This document shows positions 12,265 to 25,739 of a stretch of 64,000 bases of DNA, piece by piece. Source of the DNA: Squalus acanthias (lineage: Eukaryota); assembly GCA_030390025.1 (NCBI GenBank), contig CM059432.1, forward strand, positions 33,544,001-33,608,000, in the 5' to 3' direction. The translations under genes were made by a program, and so were the position numbers. The notes under the pieces are model-generated. The model was not told the origin of the DNA. It saw nothing but the letters and a program-made list of their open reading frames with translations, and ran no database searches. Numbering within the stretch: the stretch's first letter is position 1; every line of letters begins with the position of its first letter.

Positions 12265-13925
12265 CCGGATTGTTGTAAAAATCTAACTGGTTCACTAATG
12301 TCCTTCAAGGAAGGGAACCTGCCATCCTTACCTGGTCTGGCCTATATGTGACTCCAGTCCCCCACTCTGTAGTCGATTCTTAATGCCCTCTGAAGTGGTC
12401 AAGGAAGCTACTCAGTTGTAAACAATTGCTACAAACTTTAATAAGAATAAGAAAACTGGCCAGACCTATTGGCAGTGATCCACTCACCATATCAGGGTAA
12501 GCCTAGACAGTTTCAGCCCTGTCAACCCTGCAAAGTCATATTTTTAACACTTTGGGGGCTAGCACCCAAATTGGGAGAGTTGTCCCACAGACTAGTTAAG
12601 CAACAGCCTGACCTAGTCATACTCACAAAAATCTTTCAGACTCTTCCATCACCATCCCTGGCTATGTCCTGTCCCACTAGCAGATAAACCCACCAGAGGT
12701 GGGGACACACTCAATTGAGTGGGAGTGGACATGGAAGTCCCCAACATTGAATCTGGCTTCAGGTTAAACAAGGCCAAGGGAACCTTGTACTAATCACCAC
12801 TTACCGCTCCCTCCACTCCTCAATTGACAAATCAGTACTCCTCCATGTTGAACATCATGGAGGAAGCTCTGAAGGAAGCACGTTCACAGAAAGCATTCTG
12901 GGTGAGTGGGCAGGGGGGTGGTGGGTGGTGCTTCAGTGTACTCTACCATGAATGGCTCAGTAGTGCAACCACTGACCGAGCTGGGCGGCTTCTGAAGGAA
13001 ATAACTGCCAGACTGGGCCTATGTCAGGTGATGAAGGAACCAACATGAGGAAGTAACCTACTTGACATCATTTTCATTAACCAACATATGTACATGATAG
13101 CACTGGCAGAAGTGACCACTGTACGGTCATTGTGAAGACAAAGTCTCATCTCCACCGTGAGGTCATTCCTCTATTGTGTAGTGTGACACTACCACCTTGC
13201 TAAGTGGAACAGACTAAGAACAGATCTAGCAGCTGGAAACTGGGCATCCATGTGGCGCTGTGGACCATCAACAGTAGAATTGTATACCACCACAATCTGT
13301 AAGTTGTGGTTGTTGCAGGCCAGTCTTCACAGCCCCGGGACATCACTGCAGGAGCTCCTCACGACAGTGTCCTCAGTCTAGCCATCTACAGCTGCTTCAT
13401 AAATGATGTTCTGTCATAAGGTATGGGGAGGGACTGCTCGCTGATGATTCCACAGTGATTAGCTCCATCCAGAACTCCTCTGATAATGAAGCAGCACATG
13501 CCAGGTTACAACAGGACGTGTATAACATCCAGACTTAGGCCAACAAGTGGCAGGTAGATTTTGTGTCACATAAGTGCCAAGTAATGATCATCTTGAATAA
13601 GAAAAAGCCCAGCCACCTCCCTATGACCTTCAATGACACCACCATCACCCAATCATCCATCATCAAAACCCTGGGGGTTACAATTGACAAGATGCTGAAC
13701 TGGGCCAGCCATATCAACGCTGTGGCTACAAGAGCAGGACAGAGGCTGGGTACTCTACGATGAGTGGCTCACCTCTTCACCCCTCAAAGCCTCTCCACCA
13801 TCTACAAGGCTTAAGTCAGGAGTGTGATGGAACGCTCAACGCTTGCCTGGATGCAGCCGCAACAACACTCAAGAAGCTCAACATCATCCAGGACAGAGCA
13901 GTTCACTTGATCAGCGCCCCGCCAC
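12265..13925 (+). mobile_element. CR1-group LINE family B, 5' UTR + endonuclease + RT remnants, heavily deleted
   Basis: KLGELSHRLVKQQPDLVILT, QVMKEPT, HKCQVMII, LGVTIDKMLNW. Confidence 0.85.
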
Positions 13926-14379
13926 TCACTTCAGACTTACCTTATCACATCCATCTGCCAACTAACAATATTCACTAGATTTCAGGTAGCTTTCAAGACA
14001 TTAGGATCACATCTGGTGGAAAGAAGCCACTAACCACTCTCTGGAACACCGAGATTATGCACCTTAAATAGAATCTTATTCACCAGCCTCAGAAAAGCAG
14101 CTTCATGGTGAATTGGTGGTTCCTGGCATTGGTACTTAACAAGTCTATGAAGACAAAGAGATGATCTTTGTTTTTAAACCACAAATGACAAAGATGAGCA
14201 ACATCCCGTTACAGGCTTGTTCTGATGTCACGTTCTGATGTCATGTTCAGGAGAGGAGTAATAATAGCAACTTGTAGGGCTTTGGAATACTGACCTGGAG
14301 AGCTATGTTGAAATCTCAACTAATACTCACACTTGAACTTCCTCTGTATCTGGAGAAAACTTCACCAATCTCCTCAGGA

Positions 14380-14842
14380 TCATTTAGAGACATTTAATGA
14401 GGAAAAATGTAACTGACAAGGTGTCATCTCCTACATCTTTCTAGTATTCTCCTTGATGAATTGCCTATTGATTACATGGTTGATTCTGGGAGCATGTCCA
14501 TAAGCTGGTAATTCTCCTTCCCCAAAGAGGGGCATTGCTAGATACAATCATTTCAGAATATAACATTTTGAGATACAGTATATGAGTTTTTGAGGCATAA
14601 AATGTGGTATGTGCTCAGGAGGAACAGGTGATTTGGGACCTATGGTTCTCAAAGCTCTCCACCACTGGGGGTTTTCGTCGCCTCATGTTTGGTATGTTGT
14701 AGAATAATTGATCGCGATTGATTGCTCTGATTAGTCAACAACTCTATTATTGTTGTATCATGTGCCTACTAGGGTGGTAGAAGGGGAACTAAATGGACTT
14801 TGGGGTTTTTTCATCTAGCAATTCCTATGTCCCTATGTTCCT
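14380..14842 (+). mobile_element. CR1-like 3' end, third tail type (related pieces at ~15060-15260 and 60445-60690 -)
   Basis: CTAGATACAATCATTTCAGAA...TTTTTCATCTAGCAATTCCTATGT shared among the loci. Confidence 0.6.
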
Positions 14843-15348
14843 ATATATCCAATGACCCAATGGATGGTTGACATTGCTATCAGACATACTAAGAGTGACT
14901 AAGCTGTATAAATCAGATTTTGTTAATGTAATAAAGATTGAGAGAACACTAATATTCCATCACTAAATATCCATAGCATATTTGATAGGCAATTGTGTTC
15001 AAAATTTAGCTTGTTATGGACTTCTTTAATTCTGTTAAAAACCAATTCTACTCACAGAAATCATATCCCAGCTTAATTCAAACTACTTGGTGCAACACTT
15101 ATAATATATATTAGAAATTGCTAGATACAATCATTTCAGAAAATAACATTTTGAGATACAGTATGTGAGTGATTTGAGACATGACATGTGACAAGTGTAG
15201 CCTGCTTGGGAGGAAGAGGTGACTTTGGACCTATAGTTCCCAAAGCTCACCATCAATGGCGCAACATTTAGTTGGGTTGTTCCCCAGCAGTTGCTTGATG
15301 GAGGAGCTGAGCCATTCAATACAAACATTTTGTGTGAATTGTTCAAAT

Positions 15349-15804
15349 ATAGAAACATAGAAACATAGAAACTAGGAGCAGGAGTAGGCCATTCGGCCCG
15401 TCGAGCCTGCTCCACCATTCAATACGATCATGGCTGATCATCCAAATCCAGTACCCTGTCCCTGCTTTCTCACACAGAATCCCCATCGAGCCTGCACCGA
15501 CACATATCCCACCCTATCCCCGTAACCCCACGTATTTAATTCCCCCTAACATATCCCATCCTATCCCCGTAACCCCACATATTTAATCCCCCCCCTAACA
15601 CTAAGGGTCAATTTATCATAGCCAAATCAACCTAACCCGCACATTTTTGGACTGTGGGAGGAAACCGGAGCACCCGGAGGAAACCCACGCAGACACGGGG
15701 AGAATGTGCAAACTCCACACAGACAGTCACCCGAGGCCAGATTCGAACCCGGGTCGCTGGCGCTGTGAGGCACCAGTGCTAACCACTATGCCACCGTGTT
15801 GCCC
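15349..15804 (-). mobile_element. HE1-type V-SINE, full length
   Basis: tRNA-like head (GTGGCATAGTGG...GGTTCGAATC), V-domain TGCGTGGGTTTCCTCCGGGTGCTCCGGTTTCCTCCCAC, CR1-derived tail. Confidence 0.92.
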
Positions 15805-15971
15805 TATATGTGTTTGATTGACAGTTATTTAAATTTACTGGATCCCAGATTGTTTATAAGATATTTATCAGCCTGTCTTTTTTCAAATCTGGAGCCTCCA
15901 AACAGAGTTAGAAAGGGGCCACGAAGTAAGGGCATTACTTCGACCTTGGTTTAGCACAGGAGCTTCAAACT

Positions 15972-16265
15972 CAGGGGTTTGATAGAGTAAATAAGGAGAA
16001 ATTATTCCCACTGGCAGGTGGGTTGGCAACCAGAGGACACAGATTTAATGTAAAAGAACCAGAGGGGAGATGAGGAGACATTTTTTTACGCAGTGAGTTG
16101 TTGTGATCTGGAAGGTACTGCCTGAAAGGGTGGTGGAAAAGGAAAAAAATTGCAGGGCTGTGGGGAAAGAGCAGGGGAGTGGGACTAATTGGATCGCTCT
16201 TTCCAAGAGCCAGCACAGACACGCTGGGCTGAATGACCTCCTTCTGTGCTGTTAGATTCTATGAA
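15972..16265 (+). mobile_element. CR1 3' fragment
   Basis: GFDRVNKEKLFP; GGGCTGAATGACCTCCTTCTG...ATTCTATG tail. Confidence 0.8.
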
Positions 16266-16489
16266 CCTATTGATTATTTTTTGTTATATGAGGAGATAGT
16301 TAAGATTATGAATCACTGTAAAAAATGAGTGCCATTATGCCTTTACCATTAACTTTTACTGTTTAATAAATTTGTTTGAGATATAAAATCTGAGACAAAG
16401 TTTAGTGCTGTGATATTCTGCCACCTTCAGAAGACAAGGAGAATTCCATGAAGGCAAGGCACAGAACCAGTAGCTGAAATAAAAGTAAG

Positions 16490-16710
16490 AAGGAAGGAAC
16501 TTGCATTTATGTAGCGCCTTTCACATCCTACGACGTTGCAAAGCGCTTCAACAGCCATTGAGTTACTTTGGAAGTGTAGTCACTGTTGTAATGTAGGCAA
16601 AGGCAGTAGCCAATTTGTGCACAGCAAGATCCCACAGACAGCAACAAAATAAATGACCAGACATTCTGTGTAAGTGCTGTTGGTTGAGGGAGAAATGTTG
16701 ACCAGGATTA
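16490..16710 (-). mobile_element. DeuSINE 3' part
   Basis: Tail and part of the Deu domain. Confidence 0.78.
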
Positions 16711-17169
16711 ATCTGAAACAAGCTCTCTGTTCACTATCCAGGCATGCTACTAATTGTACCTAGATCTCAGAGCTAGTGAATTCTCTTCCTGGGATGTTGG
16801 GAGTTAGAGCTCACCTACAACAGTAGTCTGAAACATGGAAGCCAAAAATATCTAGGGACACAAAAAACCTAAAAGAAACACAAGAAATTCAGACATTTCT
16901 GTGCTAACTTTGTGTGCAGTTTGACTCCTGAGATCCTAAGTTAAACTCCTCCAAATCAGACACTTGGGTTCTGAACGAACTTCTGCAGAATCCTCAATCT
17001 AACAGAGAGGAGAGACGATGTTGAAAAATATTAAATTGGCAGATAAAAATGCAGACTCCTTAGCATTTAGTGCTAGTCATTTAAAGATATCCATTTTCAT
17101 TTTAAGAGGATTAATCAATCTTCTGTGACAGAGCAATTTCATGAATTATGACAGTGTATATATACATTT

Positions 17170-17385
17170 TGTGCTTTGTGATAGATCCATCCCGTGTTTC
17201 AAAATTGATCCATTGCATTAGATCATTCCATGTTTTGTGATGGATCTATTCTGTCAATCGTAGATCCATCCTATATTTTGCAATGGATCTGCTCCCTGTT
17301 TTGAGGTAAATCCAGTCCATGTTTTGTGATATTACATCATGAATTTCTTCCATGTTTTGTCATTGATCCATTCCGTGTTTTGTGA
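17170..17385. repeat. Degenerate ~21-bp tandem repeat
   Basis: GATCCATTCCATGTTTTGTGAT-like units. Confidence 0.6.
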
Positions 17386-17754
17386 ACGATGTAGCCAGCT
17401 GCGTGATTGACACAGGAAGTGTTCTGAGGTGTGAGCTCATGGCTGAGGGAAATGGTGCAATGAACAGTTTGCTCAATATATTTAAATGACAAATATGCTC
17501 CGTGTCCTTTATTCAGTACACACAGTATGCAAGGTAGAATAACAGATGACTGGAGGGGAGTTACAAGACTGTAACGTTCAATTGATCAGTTCTGTTATAA
17601 ACCACAATGGTGAAGCTTGGCAATTACTGTGTTGGTCTATGCTTTCTGCTATTGTATACCATACACTGAGGATACTGGCTAGGCTGAAGACAGTAATGAA
17701 ATCGTGGGGTTTGGATCATCCAATAAACCACAAGAGCACAGCTCAGGCAGTTAA

Positions 17755-18180
17755 AGAAAGAAAGCACTTGCATTTATAGAGCGCCTTTCACAACCTCAGG
17801 ACGTCCCAAAGCACTTTACAGCCAATGAAGTACTTTTTGAAGTGGAGTCGCTGTTGTAATGTAGGAAACGCGGCTGCCAATTAGCGCACAGCAAGCTCCC
17901 ACAAACAGCAATGTGATAATGATCAGATAATCTGTTTTAGTGATCTTTGTTGAGGGATAAATATTGGCCCAGGACACTGGGGAGAACTCCCCTGCTCTTC
18001 TTCGAAATAGTGCCATGAGATCCTTTACGTCTGCCTGAGAGAGCATAAGTTTAACGTCTCATCCGCAAGACGGTGCCTCCAACGGTGCAGCACTCCCTCA
18101 GCACTGCGCTGAAGTGTCAGCCTAGATTTTGTGTTCAAATCTTTGGAACTTGAACCCATGACCTTCTGACTCAAAGGCAA
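17755..18180 (-). mobile_element. DeuSINE
   Basis: Near full-length match. Confidence 0.88.
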
Positions 18181-19148
18181 GATTGGATCGTTCATCATTT
18201 CTGAGAATGTACAGTTGTTTTTTGATTCTTGGTGCTACTGCCACCGTGTGAGCCTTGGCCTCACAGAATGCTGGCTCACTCAATGGTGAATTATGAGAGG
18301 AATTCACCATCCTCCAATAGGCTGTGTGAACCTTTCTATCTATATCCAAACACCTTCAGATTCCGGGCAGGTGGGTATCGAGGTGAGTTGGAAACTCGCT
18401 CGCTGCTCCAGAAAAGAGGGCCGGGCTATTAAAACTCCCGGCCCCATGTAAATCCCATTGGCCGACCCCATTTTGAGGCCGTTACCACCCGGTTAACGCC
18501 AGCCGCAGGCAGACGGAATCTTACCCGCTGTCTTGAAAGGCCAGAGGTGCTCAGAGAGATGCCGCTGCCTGTGGAACCTGTACCCCGGACCTTCAGGGAG
18601 GAGTGGGCGGAGATCTTGTCGGTCGATGGGGAGGGGGAGGAAATGAAATGAATGACGTCCGTAATTGTGAATATGGGTTGGTGTAATTGCAAAATAAAGG
18701 GCGATGGATGACAGCCAGAATAGAGTTCCTCTGACTGAATTTTATGAGCTTTCCAGTGACTCAGTTTTCAATATGAGCAACCCCTGCTATTACCACAGGA
18801 CCCCAGTGTGTAATAATAATCTGGCAATACATCATTGCACAAACTGAAAGGGTGAACGTTATATTCCCTCTGTGCAACTTCATAAAAGAAAAGTAACAGT
18901 TGCCTACAGAGGATCCCAGCCCATTCATCAGACCAGAGGAGGGGGAGGGAGGGGGGTTGTGAGGTTATGAGGGTTTGGAGGGGCACTTGAAAATCATTAA
19001 ATGGCGGCTGTTGTCAGGCACAACTTCTTGTGTGCCTCTCAGCATCGCAGTCTGCTAGTGGGTGTGGAGGGGGAAAGAGAGTGACAAAAGAAAGGAGGGT
19101 GGGAATTGGGACAGTGAGTTGTCAATAACAGGGTTTTAAGAGATGGTA

Positions 19149-19666
19149 GGGGCCTAAATCTGGAACGTAGCGACCTGAGGATCGAACTAAATTCGCCACC
19201 AGGCTTCATTGTAATAATTCAGCTGAGGCCCACGGGTGGTGGTGGGAAAAGTTGATCAGGAGGGTTGAGGGTGGGCTGACAGCATTCCTGCTCCTTCCGA
19301 TTCCACAAACAACAATATTTCTGATGTTTTGGGGCCTTTTTGTTTGAGCGGCCTCTAGCGGTCCCTTTAAGGATGGCTGGTTAGGCTGCTCAAGACCAGG
19401 AAATACCAGTCGGAGCTTGTGCGTCGGAAGCTCCGGCTGGTCCGATTAATTTATCAATCCGGGTCAGAAATTAGCAATATTGAAATGAGGTCTGCACTCA
19501 TTTCAGGTGGCTGCCAGGGCTGCCTAAAAAAAGTCCCTGACCAATTTAACAGAGGGCCGAACGCCCGTGCAGATCGGGCGCAGGCCTCTGCCCTGCTAAG
19601 CTGGTCACCGCTGTGCCCATTTTAGGCCCGTAAAATGGAGCACAACAATGTTAAATTTAAACCCCC
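19149..19666. mobile_element. Harbinger-like MITE
   Basis: Ends GGGGCCTAAATC / revcomp GGGGGTTTAAATT; interior closely similar to 20600-20990. Confidence 0.6.
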
Positions 19667-20599
19667 AAAGGGTTTAGTTGAAGAACTGTTTAGTATGGAT
19701 TACTTCTCAGTAAGGTCGCTGAATAATCAATCACTTTTATCGTGGCAGCTTGTGCAGCCTTTACTTTTGAGGGTGGAGTGGTTAAGCTTAAACTTTGAGT
19801 CAGTTGCCTGCTTAAAAGGAGCTGCCTGTATTTGCCTCTCACTAAATAACTTTTCGTTGGCTCTGCTGTGATTTTTTTCTTTTTACAAATCATTTATTTT
19901 CTCTAACACTTCGGTTGCTTCGTGTCAGGTGCCGATGCAAAGGCCCGAGAAGGGCGGGAAGCAAATTGTTCCTGGGTTCTTGCCTGCGCCATGTCGTAAC
20001 TAACCACTACGATGTGTGCGTGAGGCGCTAAGGGAAATCAAATGGACTTTAGTGTCTGGATTAGTTCAGTCAGGTGCCATGATATTAAACTGCTGTTTAA
20101 TGAGTAATAGACTGTCTGCTTCGCAACAGCAGCGCCTTCCTGCATTTATACAGTATCCCTCATGTAGAAGGACATCTCAGAGCCTTTGACAAGAGGAAGA
20201 GGAGCCAGTGACAAAAAAAACATGAATTATTAAGGGGTGAGGGCATGATCTAAGAGTTTGATTTTTGAAAGAGGCTTTTGATGGATTGAAAAGAGTCAGC
20301 CAGGCGAAATGATTTTGGGAGAGATTTCTAGAAGTGCAGCGATGGAAGGATCAGCCTCAGATGTTTAAGTGGAGAGCACGGGAACCAGGCAGGAATCCAG
20401 AGTCAAAGGGGCAGAGGGCTAGGACATACAGATAGAGGAGATCCTACAGTAAAAGTGGAGTGAGACTGTGGCAGATTAAAAGTAAGGAGGAGGATCTTGA
20501 AATCCATGTGTGGGGAACTGTCAGGGAGCTGTGCCAGAGAGGCCATGGGTCACAGAACTCTGGATTAACGGGTTTATGTTACTCTAGGAGGAGCCAAGA

Positions 20600-20990
20600 G
20601 GAGCATTCCTCCTCCTTCCGATTCCACAAACAACAACATTTCTGAAGTTTTGGGGCCTTTCTCTGAGCAGCCTCCAGTGGCTCCTTTAAGGATGGCTGGT
20701 TAGGCTGCTTAAGACCAGGGAATACCAGTCGGTACAGGAAATACTTATGCCAATGAATTTATCAATCTGGCTCGAAAATGAGCACAGGAGCCTTATTTCA
20801 ATGTTGAACTGCCTAAAATAAAAGCTCCGATCAATTTAGCAGTGGTCCGAATGTCCATGCAGATCGGGCGTGAGCCTCTGCCCTGCTAAATGCATAGAAT
20901 CATAGAAATTTACAGCACAGAAGGAAGCCATTCAGCCCATCGTGTCTGTGCTGGCTAAATTGGTTATCATTGCGCCTGTTCTGGTTTTCA
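20600..20990. mobile_element. Second partial copy of the 19149 MITE, interrupted by a CR1 tail (~20893-20955)
   Basis: Shares GCATTCCT.CTCCTTCCGATTCCACAAACAAC...CCTTTAAGGATGGCTGGTTAGGCTGCT...ATACCAGTCGG. Confidence 0.65.
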
Positions 20991-21068
20991 GTTTTGCATT
21001 GATGGGTGCTACAACTCAGGTGTGAAGTTGGATTTTGGGCATGGTGTGCGAGACCCAGTTAGGCATAT

Positions 21069-21909
21069 GGGGCTAAATATTCGGCCATTTTTTCAGGCGC
21101 TAACCGGTTTACTAAGTCCCTAATTTGATGGGCAGGAATCACGTGCACATTTCCAGCTGGAAGTGCAGTACCAGCCATACAGCTGAAGGATAAAAATAGG
21201 TGATCAGGGCCCGCGCCTGAAACAGGTGCTAGACCCATTGCAAATCAGGGGCCTAACGCCTGTTTGAGGCCCACACCCCACACTGCAAGCTGGGTTTGCT
21301 CTGAGGCAGCCGAGGCTCGTGCTGGCTTCAGTGAGTAAAACCAGACCGTGGGACCACCTCATACCAACAAGGTAAATTTTAAAGTGCTCCTCCCAACCCT
21401 ACATTTAAAGAAGGTAGGCTGCCGTCACTCCTGCCTTCCCCCCACCACCACTTACCGCCTGCCCCCGCCCCCCCCCCCCCCACCCGACCGCTGCCACTCC
21501 TCCCTGACCCAGCCTCCTGTCCCGCTTCACATTCTCCTATCTTACTCCTGGTCTCCTAACTCCTGACCCCTGGCCTCCGATCCCCATCGTCGTCCTCCTA
21601 TCTCCCCCTGCCCCCGGCCCCTGATCTTCCGACCCCTGTCCTCCGATCCCCCTCCCCACACCCCCACATCCTTCGGATCTCTTGGTAGGCCCAGTCTCCG
21701 ATCTCCCAACCCCCAGCCTTCATTTACATGAGGGCCTCGGTGACTTGAGCAACCGCCCGATCTTTGTCACCTCTTCACCGGTGGGTTCTTCTCGCCTCGC
21801 TGGCTCAATTGAAAAGAGGCCTGAGGCCCAATATTGAGAGCACCTCGGGCCTCACTATTCAGGCGCTGGGAATGCACCAATCATCCTCCTGCGCCTGAAT
21901 TTCGACCCC
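21069..21909. mobile_element. Harbinger-like MITE
   Basis: Ends GGGGCTAAATATTC / revcomp GGGGTCGAAATTC; GC-rich with a C-rich interior. Confidence 0.65.
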
Positions 21910-22319
21910 ATGATTTCACCTGTAAGATAAGTGCAGGCATTGCAAAGCAACCTATTTAAACACATTTTTTTACTATTTTACTTTATCGGAGACCATTATC
22001 AGGGTGCCGGAGAGATCGAGGGATCGGGGGGTGGGGGGGGACATCGATGGGGGGGTGGGAGGGAGCCTGGAGAGAGCACGCCTGCACCTCCTGGCCCACA
22101 AGCAGTGCTGGAAGGGCCTCGCTTCTCTTCAGCTGCCGGGTTTCCCAAGGCCAGAGTTAAAGCTGGAACAGAGAAAAAATCTTAGTCATGCAGCCTCGTG
22201 AAAATATTTAACTGAGGGGACCGCCTCCTGAGAGTGGGTTGGTGCCTGTCCCCATCCCATCTCCGTTAAAACCGGAAGTGGGTGGGTACGAGGCAGATTC
22301 GGTTCGGGTTTGAAATGTT

Positions 22320-25150
22320 TAAGTCACCTGGTCCAGATGGAATGCATCTTAGGTTGCTGAAAGAAGCAAAGGTAGAAATAGTAGAGGCATTGGTCACAAT
22401 GTTTCAATCCTCATTGGGTACAGGAGGAGTGCCGGAGGACTCGGGGTTGCTAATGTTATACCGCTGTTCAAGAAAGAGGAGATGGATAAACCTGGAAACT
22501 ACAGGCCAGTCAGCCTAACATTGGTGGTGGGAAAGTTACTGGAAACCATTATCATGGACAAAATAAACTTTCATTTGGAAAAGCATGGGTTAATCAAGGA
22601 CAGCCAGCATGGATTTGTTAAAGGCAAATTGTGTCTGGCTAACTTGATTGAATTCTTTGATGAGGTAACAGAGAAGGTTGATCAAGGAAGTACAGTAGAT
22701 GTTGTATATATGGACTTTCGGAAAGCATTCGCAAAGTGCCACACAGAAGGCTTATTAAGAAGATAGAAGCCCATGAAATTAAGGGGAAAGTGGCGGTATG
22801 GATACAAAATTGGCTCAGTGACGGGAAGCAAATGGTGGTGGTGGTGGATGTTTTTCAGACTGGGAGGTGGTTTGCAGTGGTGTTCCCCAAGGGTCAGTTT
22901 TGGGTCAATTACTCTTTGCAATTTTTATAAACGACCTAGACTCGGGTTAAGGGAGCAGCATTATAAGGTTTGCAGATGATACGAAACTTGGTAAAGTAGT
23001 AGATAGTGATGAGGATAGTTATAGGCTTCAGGATGACATAGACAGGATGGTGAAATGGGCAGAAGCATGGCAGATGGAGTTCAATGTGGAGAAGTGTGAA
23101 GTGATGCACTTCGGGAGGACTAATGTGGAAAGGCAGTATACTATAAATGGCACGATTTTGAAGTGTAGATGAGCAGAGAGATCTTGGTGTCCATATACAC
23201 AAATCCTTAAAGGTGGCAGGGCAAGTTGATAAGGTGGTTAAAAAGCACATGGGTTACTTGGGTTTATAAATATAGGATTGGAATATAAAAGCAAAGAGAT
23301 CATGCTAGAACTTTATAAATCACTGGTTAGGCCTCAGCTGGAGTACTGTGGACAATTCAGGGCACCAGACTTCATGAAAGTTGTAAAGGCCTTAGAAAGG
23401 GTACAGAGGAGGTTTACCAAGATGTTACCAGGGATGAGGGACTTCAGTTATGAGGAGCGGTTGGAAAAGTTAGGACTGTTCTCCTTGGAACAGAGAAGGT
23501 TAAGAGGTGGCCTAATAGAGGTTTTCAAGATGATGAGAGGTTTTAATAGAGTAGATAGAGAAAAATTATTTCCTCTGGCGAGTGGGTCAATAACTAGAAG
23601 TATGGGTTAGAAAATCATTATAGCCCAGCAATGGGCGGTATCTTTAGAAAAGTTTGAGAATTAGCGCCAGGTGCTAATGCTTTAGACAGCATGCAAAATT
23701 AATTCTCACTGCTCAAAGAAATGATTGGGGCACTAAATCAAGTCTTAAAGGCCTAGCTCAGTGGCGTTACACTCAAAGGGTGGACCAATATCAGGTGCAG
23801 TCTAATCTCAACTCACATTGCCACAGGCTTTTCCCAGTACTTAATAGGGAGGTTCATTGACACTGCAGCACCTCATTCTCAGCATTGCTGGCTGTGCAGC
23901 TGCCTCAGCAAGGAGAAGCACATCAAGGAGAAGGAGCCGGAGGACTGAAGCAGGTGTGCTCATGGCAGATCCACCTCAGTCGGGTGGTCAGGGTGATTGA
24001 ATGCTTCAACAAAAGCTACATACCACCATCTGTACCACAAGCTTCACACACTGCCCAAAGCACCAGACCCCCAGCACTCACCCACCAACAATCTCTACCT
24101 ACCAACACTCACACCCACATCTCACGCCTTGCACACAATTACAGCTACTCAGCTATGGCAGGCACAAGGTACATTAGTTATTAGAATGAATGTGATATGA
24201 GTGATATGTTTATGCATAAATTTATTAATGGAGTTTGCAAAATTTTGTGGTCTCTCTCATTTCACCTTTGCACCCAGGAGGATGCTGTGATATGGCATGA
24301 CACAGGGATGGTATGATGGGCATGTGGTGAGCAAAGGGGTCTGGGGTTTAAGTCATCCTGGTGTGAGCCTGGAGATCTGTTTGGAGGAGGTTGCAGAGTT
24401 CTGTAACCACCACCTTGGTGATGCGGAGCCGTCTAATACACTGCTCCTCGCTTAATTGAAGGTAGGACAGGTGCTGTCGGAATACCCTCGGAGGGTAAGG
24501 CCTCCTGGTGAGAACCCTGATGTCCCTCCTCATCCCTCTGTGCGCATGTTCTCGTATTAATGCCGATGCCTTTAAATAACGTCACTGGAGCCGGCTTCCG
24601 CTGGCTGTGCACCTGCTCTCCCTGTCGCTGTCTGGTCAAGGTGGAAAGGTAAGCGCCGAAAACCAATTTTGAAGATCAGCCGTCAACACGCTCGATGACG
24701 TCACGATCTGCCTGGCGTTGACATCCCCGGCAGTACCTCGTACCGGCGGCGCAACGGGGGTCTGAATATGTCGCTGGATTTGCCTCGCCCTGGCGCTACT
24801 GCATCAGCGCCCTGTTAGCACCAGCTGCTGGCACTAACGGGAGGCGCTAACCAACTGAATTTTCCCCAGATTCAAAATCATTGGCAAAAGATCTAGAGGG
24901 GAAATGAGGAGAAATTTTTTCACTCAGAGGATTGTTGTGATCTGGAACGTTCTACCTGAAAAGGTGGTGGAAGCTGATTCCATAAATAATTTTAAAAGGG
25001 AGTTGGACAGGTGCTTGAGGATGAGGAACTTACAGGGTTAAGGACAAAAAGCGGGGATGTAGGACTAAGCACGACAGCTCTTCAAAGAGCCAGCACAGGC
25101 ATGACGGGCCGAATGGCCTCCTTCTGTTCTGTAAGTTTCTCTGATTCTGT
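22320..25150 (+). mobile_element. CR1 LINE 3' portion, decayed, split by the Harbinger derivative
   Basis: KSPGPDG, NYRPVSL, QHGF, DFRKAF, FADD, YKSLVRPQLEY; tail GGCCGAATGGCCTCCTTCTG...GATTCTGTG. Confidence 0.9.
23604..24867 (-). mobile_element. Internally deleted Harbinger derivative inserted in a CR1
   Basis: Right end revcomp GGGGAAAATTCAGTTGGTTAGCGCCTCCCGTTAG resembles the intact left end. ATTAGCGCCAGGTGCTAAT at ~23660. Transposase N-terminal relic 24348..24533 (RRPYPPRVFRQHLSYLQLSEEQCIRRLR). CR1 sequence resumes at 24868. Confidence 0.88.
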
Positions 25151-25739
25151 GAACTTTCTACCCGACCCAAACCCACCTGTTTTTTTGGAGTTAAAATTAC
25201 CCCCATTAATTCTGAACCTTTGGCCAACATTCAGCTTGCTAATGTTTGTACACATGTGTCAGCCCTACTTAATCCATTGTAAACCATGGCCAAGTAAGGA
25301 TTATTCAATAACTTAGCAATATACGCTGGATGTATTCTATTCATGAAGGTCCATGTATATTCTCACCACGATCCATTATTTTGTTTCAGACTGTCCCAGA
25401 GGAGGAGGAGAAGTAGACTAGCAACCCAAACATGTAAAATGTTACTGCACAGGAACAGGATGATGTAGAATAGCAGGGAAGACAGGAACCAGGAACCACA
25501 TCCTAAATGGAACCTCCCCCCAACTTTCACTTCCACCCTGACTATCAAACCCAACAGAGGACTGAAAGCCACATGGCACAGGGTATGCCTGAGACAAGCC
25601 TATAGGCTAGCATATCTGGAAAAGAAACAGGAAGACTGCAAGGGAAATGGGCAAGCGGAAGGCTATGTCGGAACAAGTGGGTGCTGAATTCCCATCCAAT
25701 TTCCTTAAGGTCTAGAGGGAGGATTTGACCCACACAATG

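Noticed and set aside
19925..20035. CpG-containing segment after a pyrimidine tract + AG (possible exon)
   Set aside because: All frames stop quickly; no donor site or recognisable protein.
23601..24870. TSD for the Harbinger derivative
   Set aside because: Left flank is TAT but right flank is AGA; no duplication can be claimed.
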